A program made the position numbers and the translations under genes. From Pelagomonas calceolata (Eukaryota): a DNA stretch of 64,000 bases. The stretch spans positions 744,001 through 808,000 of the forward strand of contig CAKKNE010000002.1 in NCBI GenBank assembly GCA_918797485.1. Direction: 5' to 3'. The notes beneath the pieces are model-generated. The model had not been told where the DNA came from, did no database searches, and saw only the letters and a list, made by a program, of their open reading frames with translations. Shown piece after piece: positions 1 to 11,765 of this stretch; position 1 is the first letter of the stretch, and each line of letters begins with the position of its first letter.

Positions 1-1295
1 CGAAAAAAGTAAACAATTTGGGCCCGATGGCGCCCCGTTCCCGGTGAAAACGTCAATTACCCGAGGGCCCCCAGGAACTGTAATAGCGGTCTCGTCGGAC
101 CCTATACTACCCCACCGATAGTCAATTACAAGTATAGGACATCTACATCATAAGAAGGGTACTTTTGGCTGCCCACGCACGGGACGTGAACATCTGCATC
201 TGGACCTCGCGGAAGTCGGTCGATCATGGAACAAATGATTGCGTCATGGTCCATGCTGATGGTACACGGGCTGATGGTCGCAGGCCCATGTTTTATGCCC
301 ATTTGTAGAAGATGCTGGGCTCGCGAGACCGAGCAACCGCGGGTGGTAAACTGGACCTTTCATCCAATGTAGCTGTCACTCAGGCCGGTTATCTGGCCTT
401 TCCTACAACTAAGGCGCCTGAAACGCAAATTTATTGTACAAACCACCGGTCTGGGGCCTTTCTGGTGTTCCGTCAACGCACCGTCGTTCGCGGAGAACGG
501 GCAAGTCGGTCGATTGTGAATAGAACAACGGGATTATGGTCCACCTGGATAGTGGCGTCGCTGATACTCGCAGGTTTAGGTTCTGATGTCGTTTTCGCAA
601 AAACTTGGGGGCGCCGAGTCGCAGTTTCGCGAGGCTTTGACGGGTCATCTAAAATAGCTCAGTAGCCGCTGATTCGGCCTAAATGGACTCTACCACTAAC
701 AAACGGATGGAAACGAACATAAACTCGGGAGTTGTCTAGTAGAATTCTTTTCCCGCCCTCCGAGCGCGGGCCGTCGGCTCCGGTTCCGTCGGATATGTAT
801 GAAAACTGGGCTGGAGTTGATATAATGTCCCATTTGGACGGTAGATGGCGGCGTCAATCGCTGGTGTACTTTGGCAAGCCGTAAGCCTTATACGTGAATG
901 TCGCGGGCGGTGCCTTCCGGGAGGCGCGAGGGTATGTTCCCGGGCCGCTACTCTGAAATCTTTGGTCGCGGCGAACGACTAGGATGTGTTCTGAATTTTG
1001 GTCATTCTTTTGACACTATCGAGGCGTATCTTTCAATTTGCTAGTGTGTCGATTACGCTAGCTCCGTTACTCGCGCCTTGCATCTTTCGCAGCCGGCAAA
1101 CGCCTTCGAAGACAGACAGGAGTACGTAGAAGGCAGAATGGAGTACATGGAAATATATTCCGGGCGCTCGCACTCAGCCACGGTGGGAATCTTGGAGTCA
1201 CTCGACGCCATCGACGCGAAGATATATATCATATACTTACCGGGCCGGGAACGCGCGCGAGGGATTTTTATATAAACTACAGAACAGGGGGTCGA

Positions 1296-2963
1296 TCACT
1301 CGGACGCCATCTTCGCCTCGAATTGCCCCGCGAGCGACCGCGCCGCGCGCAGCCAGAGGAAGATGACGCCGAAGAGGATCGTGGCCAGGTACGGCGTGCA
1401 CGCCGCGAGCGACCCGAGCGACAAAATGAGCATCTGCTGCACGAGCGCGCCGCCGCTCTTCCCGAGCGGGTTCCCAATCACGTCGACCGCGGCCTTGCCC
1501 TTGGTTTTTTGTTCGGCATCTAACGGTATGTAGGCCATCTCCTTGCACGGGTCGAACAACGCGTACTTTGTGGATTTCGACGCGATGTTTTGGGCTGCTC
1601 CTACTAGTACCGCGAGCATCAGCGGCGTCGTACCGAGCGCCCCACAGAGCGGCGCCCAGACGCCCGGCTTTAGTACGAGTGAGAAGAACACGCAACCGGT
1701 AGCTAACAACGTGACAGGCGTCACGGCCGCGGCGACGCCCCACCCAAACTTCTTCAGTATTCTTTGCCCCGCCAACATCATGAACAACGTCACGCCGCCC
1801 GTAGTAGAAGAAAAAGCCCCCATAAATGCCGAATAGGCCGCGGGGTCCGGGAAGCGCCTCTTGAGATTCGCCTTCCACGTCACCTCGACGATGTTGATGG
1901 CCATGCCGTAGCCGATCACTAACGTAGCCAGATCCCGGATGTACTTCGACTGCGCTAGGTATTTAGCAGAATCCCTCATGGACATCTTCGTTTTGGTCTT
2001 CGACTTTTTTAGAGTACTGGGATCGACACACCTCGGGTCAGTAACTACTTGCCGCTGCATGTACTCATAAGCTCCTAAGAGCACACCACCACTTGCGACA
2101 ACACCGCCCATCAATAGCTTGAGAGATAGGCCCCACGCCGCGGCTGGGTCGGCCGCCCCAGCTCTCAACTTGGACACGATCCTCACAAACTGCCCACTAA
2201 ACACCAACGCGACGTTCGCGAACAGACCGAAGAGGGGGTAGTACTTTTTCGCTTCGTTGACACTGACGACGGAATTCGCAAAGCCCCAGAACAACAGCGA
2301 AGCGACCACGGACCCCCAGAGCTCCGCCGCCAGGTAGAAGAGCGAGAAGGTCCAGTTTCTTATCACGGCTATCGGTGCCTGGAAGGAGCCTGGTAGGATC
2401 TTTTGAGCCGCGTCAGCTAGGCCGTGCGGATGTAATGAGCCAATGTTCGGGTACAAAAGCCAAGCAAACGCTGCGAAGAACCCTAAAAACGTCGACACGA
2501 CGCCCCGAAACACCTGGGGCTGGCTGAAGCGGTTCGATAACGAGCCGTAGAGTACGGTAAACGCAATGGCCCCCGGTAAATTCACATACGTCTTGAGAAA
2601 CGGGATGATCTCGGCTCCTGATTTGGGGGCTGTGACTACTAACACATCTTTCGTATCTCTCAGGATCGTGTAGTTAAATAAAATACAAAAGAAGATGAGC
2701 GCGAGCGGGACGACCTTCTTCGTCTCTGGGCTTGCCAAGATGGCCTTGAGGCCGCGCTGTTGCGGCTCGGGCTCGACCGCGGCGGCGGCCGCGTCGGTAG
2801 CGTAGAGCGTGCTGTGCGACGTGCGCAGCGCGTACGGAATTGCAGGGCCCCTTGGGTTCATCATCGCCCGTGCGCGCCCTGCAACGCGCAGCTGCGGGCG
2901 CGGGACGCGGAGCGCCTGGGCATGGCCACTGAGGATGAGCACGGCTGCGAAATGCCGTGCCAT
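1296..2963 (-). CDS. NTT: Plastid ATP/ADP translocator (TLC/NTT family)
   Basis: 555-aa ORF with FNYTILRDTKD, AELWGSVV, EMAYIPLD and GKAAVDVIGNPLGKSGG motifs; signal plus transit-like N-terminus. Confidence 0.95.
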   Translation of the reverse strand: MARHFAAVLILSGHAQALRVPRPQLRVAGRARAMMNPRGPAIPYALRTSHSTLYATDAAAAAVEPEPQQRGLKAILASPETKKVVPLALIFFCILFNYTILRDTKDVLVVTAPKSGAEIIPFLKTYVNLPGAIAFTVLYGSLSNRFSQPQVFRGVVSTFLGFFAAFAWLLYPNIGSLHPHGLADAAQKILPGSFQAPIAVIRNWTFSLFYLAAELWGSVVASLLFWGFANSVVSVNEAKKYYPLFGLFANVALVFSGQFVRIVSKLRAGAADPAAAWGLSLKLLMGGVVASGGVLLGAYEYMQRQVVTDPRCVDPSTLKKSKTKTKMSMRDSAKYLAQSKYIRDLATLVIGYGMAINIVEVTWKANLKRRFPDPAAYSAFMGAFSSTTGGVTLFMMLAGQRILKKFGWGVAAAVTPVTLLATGCVFFSLVLKPGVWAPLCGALGTTPLMLAVLVGAAQNIASKSTKYALFDPCKEMAYIPLDAEQKTKGKAAVDVIGNPLGKSGGALVQQMLILSLGSLAACTPYLATILFGVIFLWLRAARSLAGQFEAKMASE

Positions 2964-3192
2964 CTTTATTTATTTGGCCGTAAAGAGGCCGGTTTCACTC
3001 GAAGTGCGTCTTCTTATTTTGTTTTGAGGAGTAGACCCCGCACCGTTTTAAGTGGCGCTTTGGAGGGTTGATACTGGGCCTTCGAGCCGTCCTGGGACGG
3101 CTCAGACGAGACCCAGCCGATTTGCCAATGTCATAGTGAGCTTTTGCATCTCAGGCACTGCGAGGTGCTTGTACTCCTGCGCAAGTGGCAAA

Positions 3193-4647
3193 ATGCGTGC
3201 ACTCCGACGAGTGTTGCTCGGAGCGCTGCTAAAATGTGCGACTGCTGATGTTCGGCGGCGAAACCAATCGCCGCTCAGCCTGCCAAAGCGCAGCCATGCA
3301 CTGCAGCTGCGAGGCGGCACCAGCGCCGCCGCACCAACCACTTCGACGGCACCCGCCACGACACCTACATCAGTCAAGAAGAAGCACGCCTACATCACGC
3401 CTCGGGAACTGACGCAGATCATGGTCGCGGACCTCGCGCCGCACGGCATGCTCCCCTTGGCGTGGGCGGCGACGCGCGGCGCGGGCACGGGCGTCGTGCC
3501 CGCCGTGTTGCTCTTGGCGGTCTTCGCGTCGTCTTCTGCGTATACGTTGTATTTGGCGGCGCAGCTCGCCGAGGCCGGCCGGGAGGCGCGGCGGGCCGCG
3601 CCGGCTCTCTCGGAGCTGTGGCGCGGGGCAAAATTACCCTTGCCAAAGGCCGTGGACGCCATGGTCGCGTTGCTCTGTGGCGGGTGTTGCGTCTTCTACG
3701 CCGCGTTCGCCGCGGACCTGTTCTACGCTTTGGCGAAGCGCCTAGGTCTAGGCACGTCCAGAGAAATGGTTTTAGGTGTATTGACGTGCATACCACTAGC
3801 GCCACTTTGCCTAGGAGACGACCTGAGCGTGCTCAAGTACTCGTCGCTCGCCGGGTTGCTGGGAATTGCCTATACGGCGTCATTTATTGGTAAAAACGGC
3901 GTCACAACAGACGTCGCGCCCATCCCAGCCACACAAACGTGCTCCGGGACGCTCGTCCTGGCCAACACGTTGGTGGTGGCCTTCCTCTGCCACTACAACG
4001 CGGTCCAGTACTACCGCGAGCTTTCGCCAAGAAGGCGGACGCCCGACAAGTTTAGGAGGGCGGTCCGGGGCGGCGTCCGTTTTTTTTGACCTTCGCTCTG
4101 CTCGACGGCGTGCGCGTCGCCCCCTACGCCGTCGACGCGACGTCTACGCACACAGGTCGTCCGGGGCGCCGCGCTCACGGCCCTCGTCTTCGCCGCGACG
4201 CTCTTCGGCGGCGCGCGGGCGTTTGGATCAAACGCGCTGCCGAACGTGCTGAACAACTACGACGCCGACTCGCTCGGCGCGACGGTCGCGCGGCTGGGCA
4301 CGGGCGTGGCCATCCTGAGCGGCTTCCCGCTCATGTTTGCCGGGTTGAAGGCCGCGCTCGACGGCTGCTTCAAGCTCCGGGGCCCCGCGCGGCCGGCGAC
4401 GCACGGCGCGCTGCTCGCGGCGATCGCGTCCGTCGCGGCGACGTCGTCCGAGGACGACATCGGCCTCATCATCGAGCTGCTGGGGTCGACGCTCGGCGTC
4501 GCGGCGGCGTACGTCGTGCCCGGGCTCTGCGCCGCGCGGTCGAGTGCTCTCGAGAAGAAGCACCGGCGCTCGGGCGCTTTGATCGCGGTGGGCGGGATGG
4601 GGCTCTGCGTCGGCGGGACGTACCTCACGCTGAAGACCCACGCCTAG
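3193..4647 (+). CDS. Amino acid transporter (Aa_trans/AAAP family), 2 exons
   Basis: GMLPLA, LKYSSLAG and AFLCHYN motifs; predicted GC-AG intron 4060-4155 joins FRR to VVRGAA in frame. Confidence 0.8.
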
Positions 4648-4920
4648 CTGAGGGGGGCTCGTAAAACTAAATCGTAGTATCAGCCCGTGCGTCGCGCGTC
4701 GCGGTGCCCAGACCTGCGCCGTGTCGATGGCGTAGAGGTCCAAGCGACCAAGCGCACCGAGGTCGCGTCAATGACGGGGTCAAACGAGGCCTGTACACCT
4801 GATGCTTTGCCCCAGCTTTAGCAAATTAAGTGGGATGGCACTAGGCTTTTAGGCTTATTTTTGGTGAAGGCAAGGCAGCGATCGCCTTTGCGCCCGGCTT
4901 TGTGAGGCTGCTTGGGCATC

Positions 4921-5479
4921 ATGGTTCGTTTCAGTGCTTGATTTGACATTTCAGGACCACCACCTACACACGAGCCGAGCGATTTTGGCTGGCGCGCGCT
5001 GTCGCCAGCGATTGGGCCGCCAAAAGAGCTGCTTGCAAACGCCCCTCAAAAGGCCGCCGCGAGCGACCGCAGCACTCCCACGCCGCCCAAGTGCTTTGCC
5101 TAAGCACGCACGCTCACTCGCGCGCCCGCAAACACCTCGCGCCGCCCCAATCCCTCTCCCGCTACCGTCTCGTCTCACCCTCGAACCCCTCGCGCAGACG
5201 AAAGGTACCTCGTCGTTCGGAAAGCGGCACTCGAAGACGCACACGACCTGCCGGCGATGCGGCAAGGTCTCCTTCCACCTTCAGAAGAAGGTGTGCGCCT
5301 CGTGCGGCTACCCGGGCGCCAAGATGCGCCGGTTTAACTGGTCCGAGAAAGCGCTGCGGAGGCGCACGAACGGCACGGGCCGCATGCGCCACATGAGACA
5401 CATGCCGCGCCGCTTCAAGAACGGCTTCCGCGAGGGTACGCAGGCGAAGGCGGCGAAGAGCGTCGCCGCGTCGGCATAA
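4921..5479 (+). CDS. RPL37: 60S ribosomal protein L37
   Basis: ATG at 4921, GT-AG intron 4924-5197, then [22 protein letters not shown]...CASCGYP. Confidence 0.95.
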
Positions 5480-5571
5480 ATATTCTCTCGTGTAATGGTT
5501 CGTTATCTAATCCCTACTACGCGGCACGCCATCGCCGCGACCTATCATATATACGACCTAATTTACACGAG

Positions 5572-6402
5572 CTACTGCTTCGCCGCCGCGTACCGCTCAG
5601 AAACATCGCTCCAATTGGCGATGTCCCAGATGGCGCTCACGTAGTCGGGCCGCACGTTCTTGTAGTCGAGGTAGTAGGCGTGCTCCCAGACGTCGATGCC
5701 AAAGAGGGGGATGAGGCCTGTGGTGGCTTCGAGGGGGTCCTGGTTGGCACAAGTGGCCAGCTGCAAGGCGTCGGTCGCCTTGTTGTAGCCGAGCCAGCCC
5801 CAGCCACTCCCTTGCACGGCGACGGTCATCTGAGACAGTTTCGTTTTCATCGCGTCGAAGCTGCCGAAGTCGGCATCAATAGCTGCAGATAGGGCACCGG
5901 TCGGCGGCGCGCCGCCTCCTTCACTGGGAGGAGCAAGGTTCTGCCAGAAGATGCTATGATTTAAGTGGCCGCCTCCATTGAATTTGATCGCGGCTTGCGC
6001 GGCGACGATGCCCGTGACGTCGTCGTCGGCGACGGCTGTGGCGAGCTTCTCCGTGGCGGCGTTGAAGTTTGTGACATACGTGTTGTGGTGCTTCGAGTGG
6101 TGGAGCTCCATGATCGTGCCGCTGATGACGGGCTCGAGCGCCGAGTACTCGTAGCCCAACGCGGGCAGCGTCGCTTTCGTGCGCGCATGCGCTTGGAGGG
6201 CGCGCGTGGTCCTGTGCGTTTCATGCGTTGGCGCGCGCGCTTCTCTCGACGACGACGACGGCGTGCGCGAGCGCTGCTCTCAGTGGCTGCCACAGCCAGA
6301 TCGTCTGCAGCGGCTCGGCGACGCAGCATTTATGGCATGCGGCCGGCGGGCGACGGCGGGGGAGGCGTGGCGACGCGTAACGTACCGCCGTAGGCCGATC
6401 AT
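5572..6402 (-). CDS. SOD2: Mitochondrial Mn superoxide dismutase
   Basis: [20 protein letters not shown] and DVWEHAYY motifs; exon 1 MIGLRR at 6402-6386; GT-AG intron 6385-6212. Confidence 0.95.
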
Positions 6403-6443
6403 GGTGGATTTTTTGGGCTTGGAAGCTGGCTCTCTGGCTGCTT

Positions 6444-6465
6444 GCTAGTGTCTTAATGCGCTAGC
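6444..6465 (+). promoter_or_regulatory. CTAG-bounded upstream motif
   Basis: gctagtgtcttaatgcgctagc, ~40 bp upstream of the SOD ATG. Confidence 0.6.
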
Positions 6466-6538
6466 CCACAGCCAAGGAATCCGCGATAGGAGCACTGACC
6501 GGGCAGCACGCGTCGCCCAGCGGTAGGCCGGAGTAATT

Positions 6539-7228
6539 TTACAATAAGGTTACACTTCGAAGGGGCGCAAGGAAGAAAATTGCACGCCGCACGTGGATTG
6601 CGAGGCGGACGGCAAGCCGGCGAAGAACAGGAGGCGGACTCGACCCATCATGACCGGGCTCTCCGAAATTGGGATAGCAGACCACACCCCCTAGTCCTTT
6701 CTGAAGGATGGCTTCCCTAAACAGTTCGACGGTGAAGAGCCTCTTCTCTACCAGTTTTATCATGAATTGCTCAGGGGGCGTCACCACCCCACGATGCTGG
6801 CTCTCCATGATCCTTTTGTCTGGCGGTTGGCCGTTCATGAGCGCCTCGCTCGGTATCACCCAGGAGGGGGCGTGGCGGCCTTTGACGAAAACGTAGACGT
6901 CGTGTGGGACGAGAGGTGGTCCGCCGACGTGGAAGCAGATGCGCGTCACATCTTCCCACGCGACGTCCGCCGTCCAGGGATTCTCCTTATTATAGTTGGG
7001 CCGCACGTCCATGGTGAAGCCTCGGTCGTCGTAGTCGATTCGATACCACTCATGCATGGTCTCCACGTCACCGTCCCACGATGGCAGGCTGTCCGCGTTC
7101 TTGGCCCAGGCGGTGTACTCGCTCGCATCAGCCTTGCCGCTCATTTGGACGGCCGCGCGCCGAAGCATCACGCCGCGGCGATGCCTCGCGACGACGCCGG
7201 CGACGCGAGCGGCCTTGACCGTTATCAT
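6539..7228 (-). CDS. Hypothetical protein, possibly organelle-targeted
   Basis: 229-aa ATG ORF with Arg/Ala-rich leader and a globular-looking core. Confidence 0.55.
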   Translation of the reverse strand: MITVKAARVAGVVARHRRGVMLRRAAVQMSGKADASEYTAWAKNADSLPSWDGDVETMHEWYRIDYDDRGFTMDVRPNYNKENPWTADVAWEDVTRICFHVGGPPLVPHDVYVFVKGRHAPSWVIPSEALMNGQPPDKRIMESQHRGVVTPPEQFMIKLVEKRLFTVELFREAILQKGLGGVVCYPNFGEPGHDGSSPPPVLRRLAVRLAIHVRRAIFFLAPLRSVTLL

Positions 7229-7946
7229 GTTGCGCTACTCATTTGTGCGTGCCCTTTGATGCGTGCCGCGCGGACGAGGCGCGTGCACCTCGCTTGAGGC
7301 TGGTCTGCTGCCCCAATGGCACCAGCAGCCCCTCGAGGCTGCAGATGGTGCACCAAATGTAGGCTGCCGTGCGCCTGGAGCATGCGCACGTCGCGTGCGC
7401 GCACGGTCACGGTGACGCTTGCCTTTTATCCCGAATGTGTTCTTTTCTTGGATTCGATGCCAGCGGCGACCAATTGCCTGAGGCTTGCGCGGAGGGAGTT
7501 ATTGGTGCGGACGAAGTTTACCGTGGCAGGATCACTCTAGATTCGCGAGGGCGTACCCTCATTGAGCGCGAGCGAGGTGGAGCCGGTGCCTCGGCTCGGT
7601 GCATGCTTTGAGGCTCTGCACGCGACGCACAAGACGCGCTGGGATTATCGCCCACGCGCGGACAGCACAGCGAGCCGTAGGCAAGGCTGTGCGCACGTCT
7701 CGGCCCTGCAAGACCGCGGTTCTGCATTTTCATCCACCTCCCTCAAAAAGAGCCACATCCGGCTGAGCGCCGCTAGCCAGCGCGGCGCGTAGAAAGTCCC
7801 GCCGGCGAGGCGAGGCACCCCCAGGAAGCGCCGCGGAGCAGCGGCGAGCCGGTCCCCCGTCGCGCGGTCTCAAACCGCGCGCGCGGCCGACCACACCCCT
7901 AACAATCGTGAAGCGCCCCAGCGGCGGCGGGGGGTCGCCGTCGAAG

Positions 7947-9111
7947 ATGAAGCTGCGGGAGATGAACGACTGGAAGATCTCCAACGACACGCTCAAGCTG
8001 GGCGTCGAGTTGGGGCGAGGTAGCTTTGGGATCGTTATGGCGGCCGAGTGGAGACATACACCTGTAGCATTGAAAATTCTATTCGCGGACGCCCAAGCCG
8101 ACGATAAAGTACTATTTGAGAAGGAGGTGCGCATGATGGCTACTTTACATCATCCCAATATAGTACAATTTCTCGGGTATGCGAGGACGCCAGCTTTGAC
8201 TTTGGTGATTGAGTTGTTCCCGGAGGGCTCTGTCGAAAGGTTCGTCCCGAGAGAGAAGCCGGGCCAGAAGACATCCCTGAGATTCTGCATCGACATGGCT
8301 TTAGCGATAGAGTACCTGCATAGCAGGCAGCCGTCGATCGTGATCCATAGGTGCTGACTCAGCGTCTGTTTCCGGATCGATGGCGTTGTCACGAGGCCGC
8401 GTCGCCTCGACGTCGTCGACGCGGCCGCATGAGAGTCTACGCCCGCGGCAATTTCGCGACGGCGTCGTTCCGCGCAGGGACATAAAACCCGCGAACTTCC
8501 TCCTGACGGCGTCGCTACGCGTGAAGCTCGGCGACTTCGGCATCGCGCGCACGCGCAAAGGCAAAGGCGTGGATCGGACGCGGTCGTGCGAGAGCCTGGC
8601 CACGATGCTAGATTCGAGCATGCACGGCGTGTCGTCGCTGGGCTCCATGGAGGACCACGCCCAGGCCGACGCCGAGCTTAGGGTGTCCGGTGACGACCTC
8701 ACGTCGAACTGCGGGACCGTGCGCTTCATGGCTCCGGAAGTCGCGGCCGTCGACGGCGCGCGCACGCAAGCCTACGACTCCAAGGCGGACATCTTCTCGC
8801 TAGCCATGGTCTACTACTTCGTCTGGGAGCGCGCGCTACCCGGCATCCCCGAGTGCAACAAGCCTCCTTTGCATCTGGCGGCTTTGAGGCAAGGGCGGCG
8901 GCCGTCGTACGGCCGGACGCCAAAGCCCATAAGAGAGCTCGTCAACCACATGTGGCGCCTGGAACCACAGGATCGCCCGTCGGCGGCCGACGTCCTCGAC
9001 TACCTCTACAACGTCAAGCACAAGCCGACCTTCGGTGGTGGTGTTTTGAAGGTGACGCCGCCCGCCACCGGTGGTTTGTTCGCCGCGGTGCCGCCGGCGC
9101 CGGGCCACTGA
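7947..9111 (+). CDS. Tyrosine-kinase-like (TKL) protein kinase
   Basis: LGRGSFG, VALK, HR|DIKPAN across intron 8351-8477, DFG and MAPE motifs; start uncertain. Confidence 0.9.
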
Positions 9112-9311
9112 CGTTCAATTCCCCTCCCTACACAAAAACCTTGTGTTGTACTCGTCATCTAAACCAGAAACATCGATTGAGTCTCTTCTTCTACTAGAAG
9201 TATGTACAGCGGTGACTGAGCGGTCCGAGTCGCGGCGATGGCGTACAGCGCCCGCGGGAGCCATCGCCGACACCGCCGATGCGGGGACCATAGGATTTCA
9301 CTAAGTGTAAG

Positions 9312-10616
9312 TTACCCGCGCTGGACCCCGCCCCCAAGCTTATAAGTCGTCGCCTTCGTGACGGCCTTCTCCGGCTTTGCCTCGAAGTCGAAGCTAATAG
9401 AGTCGCCCGCACCGATGGAGAGGGGCTCGTCACTCATCAACTGCAGGACCGTCTGCCAGTGCGACTTCTGGGCCTCGCCGTTTTTTCCCCTCGACACAAT
9501 GAGCGTCCCCTCGCTCCCGTCGCAGACGAGCGTCGGCCACATGGCCAGGCCGCTCAGCTTCGCTCCTATAACAGAAGCCGTCGCCGCGGCGTCCATTTTT
9601 TTACCTTGTTCATCTAACAACAGCGACTGGAGCTGCCTTTCCTCCGCGAAGGCGCGCTCGAAGCCCTTCTGGGCGTTTGCTATCGATGCAGTGGTCACGG
9701 GGAAGGTCAGCGATGTCTTCACGGAAGCCGGTAGGGATGGGAGCGGCTTGCTGAAGTCCACATCCTCCAGCAGCTGCGGCTCGGCGAGCACTTGTAAAGC
9801 TTCATCTCTACAATTGAACCGAATAGGGTCCTTGCCCACGATCTTGGACCAGTCGTAGGACGGCGGCGTCAGCAAATTGTGCAGCGCGTACGAGACGGGA
9901 GCGGCGTAGGTCTGGCACCTTCGCGGGATGTACGTGGCCGGGTCGTCCGGGCGCTTGACGTGCCTCTCCCTAGCGTCCTTCATCGTCGCGTACAAACCCT
10001 CCTCGGACGCGAGACTCCCACAGATCTCGAAGACGCAGAGGTCGACTTTTTCGGGAAGCGTGAGCTCGGTCGAGAAGCCCTCGATCACTTCAATTGCACC
10101 AGGCTTCAGAGGGACCAAACCATCAACATCTCGACGGGAAGCATTGGGGTCCTCGCACTTCGCAATAAAAGCCTTGGCCCGCCGCGCTGCCTCGGGATTT
10201 GCCTCCACAGCATACACTTTTTTGGCCCCTGCCGTTGCTGCTATGAGCGCGAGCACGCAGAAGGGCCCCGTGCCCAGATCCAATACGACGGCGTCTTGCA
10301 GTTCCGCGAGGCGGCTGCGAATCGCCTTGGCGAACTTCGGCGTCCTTCTAGGATCATCCCTCATAGCCCGATAGGCCTTCTCGTCGAACTCGATGAAGTT
10401 GATCTGCGACGGGAAGTCGCTGTCGAAACCGTCCGTGGCCGACCAGCTCACGGTCTTCAAAGCTGCTGCTGCTGCCGCGGCGGCGCTCGCGGGCGGCAGC
10501 GGGATCAAGGTGGTGGTCGTCGCCGCGGCGAAGCCTTGCAGTGTTGCGCGGCGGTCCAGGGGCTGCAGCGCGCTGGCGACCGTTAGCAGCACTGCTGCTG
10601 CTGCGAGGTGCCTCAT
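9312..10616 (-). CDS. PRMT-like SAM-dependent methyltransferase with plastid presequence
   Basis: VLDLGTG, VYAVEAN, double-E loop EKVDLCVFEICGSLASEEG and SHW motifs. Confidence 0.8.
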   Translation of the reverse strand: MRHLAAAAVLLTVASALQPLDRRATLQGFAAATTTTLIPLPPASAAAAAAAALKTVSWSATDGFDSDFPSQINFIEFDEKAYRAMRDDPRRTPKFAKAIRSRLAELQDAVVLDLGTGPFCVLALIAATAGAKKVYAVEANPEAARRAKAFIAKCEDPNASRRDVDGLVPLKPGAIEVIEGFSTELTLPEKVDLCVFEICGSLASEEGLYATMKDARERHVKRPDDPATYIPRRCQTYAAPVSYALHNLLTPPSYDWSKIVGKDPIRFNCRDEALQVLAEPQLLEDVDFSKPLPSLPASVKTSLTFPVTTASIANAQKGFERAFAEERQLQSLLLDEQGKKMDAAATASVIGAKLSGLAMWPTLVCDGSEGTLIVSRGKNGEAQKSHWQTVLQLMSDEPLSIGAGDSISFDFEAKPEKAVTKATTYKLGGGVQRG

Positions 10617-10948
10617 GTTTGCTACCAGACTGCAGTGTTGTGTTTTGCAGTACCAGTGCTACCACGAGTCGATCTACGTGCAAACGCAGCTCGGCGTTGC
10701 AGCGTGCACAACTATCTGCAGGGCAAAATGAGCACTACTTGCACCGCTCTGACTCAAGCAGCCGATGCAGACTCGAGCGCGCTCTAGCGTTCACAGACAC
10801 ACTAGTCGCGAAGTTGAACCCCAACCCTAAAAAACAGTCGCTGCTGCGCGGATTCAACGGCTGCCGTGTCTCGATTGAGCCTTCTTACTCAATAGAATGG
10901 AAGGAGGTGGAAAGGAGACGGGACGGGGAAAGGTAAGATGTCTTGTGA

Positions 10949-11469
10949 TCACTCGCACGTGCCGCACGCCTTGCCGCACGCGCGGAACGCGTAGGCCTCG
11001 ACGGGACCGGGCTTGTTCGGGTCCTCGTCGTCCTCGGACTCCTCGAACTCCTCCATGAGGATGCCGGACTCCGTGCAGCGCTCCCGCTTCTCCGCGACCC
11101 AGTCGCAGTTCAGGCGCTTCACGCCCTCGAAGGACCAGTTAGAAGTACTCTTGCAGACGGCGTCGGAGCCGGGGCACCTGTGTGGAAATCAATCAGTGTG
11201 TCGGGTGCACCACTGCACCGCGCCGTAAAATTTGATTTTCACACAGCGAGGTACGTCGAACACGAACGGCGACACGCCTCGTAGCCGTACTTGCCGTTCG
11301 TCCCGCGCGCCGCGCACGCCTTCTCGCGCGACGTCAGCACGAAGCCGTCGCCCTCGGCCGTCGAGCCCGTCTCGTAGGTCGTAGACATCTTGGCGATGGC
11401 CGCGCATGTCCCGGCGTCCGACTTCCACGAGGCGTCGTCCGCGCACGAGTCCGTGACCATGCGGCAGAC
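10949..11469 (-). pseudogene. 3' fragment of a Cys-rich (ShK-like repeat) protein gene
   Basis: Repeats ending ACRRSCSTC and ACGKACGTC across intron 11178-11254; upstream intron element truncated and no start exon found. Confidence 0.55.
11178..11246. mobile_element. Introner family A, internally deleted copy
   Basis: TIRs ctgtgtggaaatcaa / ttgattttcacacag; flanks cggggcac / cgaggtac (6/8 TSD). Confidence 0.85.
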
Positions 11470-11527
11470 CTGTGTGGAAATCAAAATTTTACGGCGCGTT
11501 CGTCCTGAATCGTCGCTTCGTCCTCCA
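11470..11527. mobile_element. Introner family A, truncated (left part only)
   Basis: Matches the first ~58 nt of 34160-34362, then similarity stops. Confidence 0.8.
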
Positions 11528-11690
11528 GCGCTTTGCTCTCGCATCGGCTGCAAGAAGCCGCGAGGTGCGTTCCCAACCCTACGCGGGGCGTCCCGACGGA
11601 CAACACAAGCTCGAGAGCGCTCCCCGTACGGATAAGCACGGCCGCAGGCGCGAACTCGGGACCGCGAACGGCGCGGGACGACGCGGGACG

Positions 11691-11756
11691 ACAAGAACAA
11701 CCGTTACACAATCACCACCCCAACGGCGCGGAATAACAAGAACAACCGTTACACAA
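11691..11756. repeat. 21-bp direct repeat acaagaacaaccgttacacaa
   Basis: Exact copies at 11691-11711 and 11736-11756. Confidence 0.9.
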
Positions 11757-11765
11757 GAAGCAAAA

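Noticed and set aside
312..665. Short ORFs in the first kilobase
   Set aside because: No recognisable domain and atypical composition
4924..5197. snoRNA in the long first introns of RPL37 and Ub-SKP1 (58764-59183)
   Set aside because: No convincing C/D or H/ACA box arrangement seen; an Rfam scan would be needed
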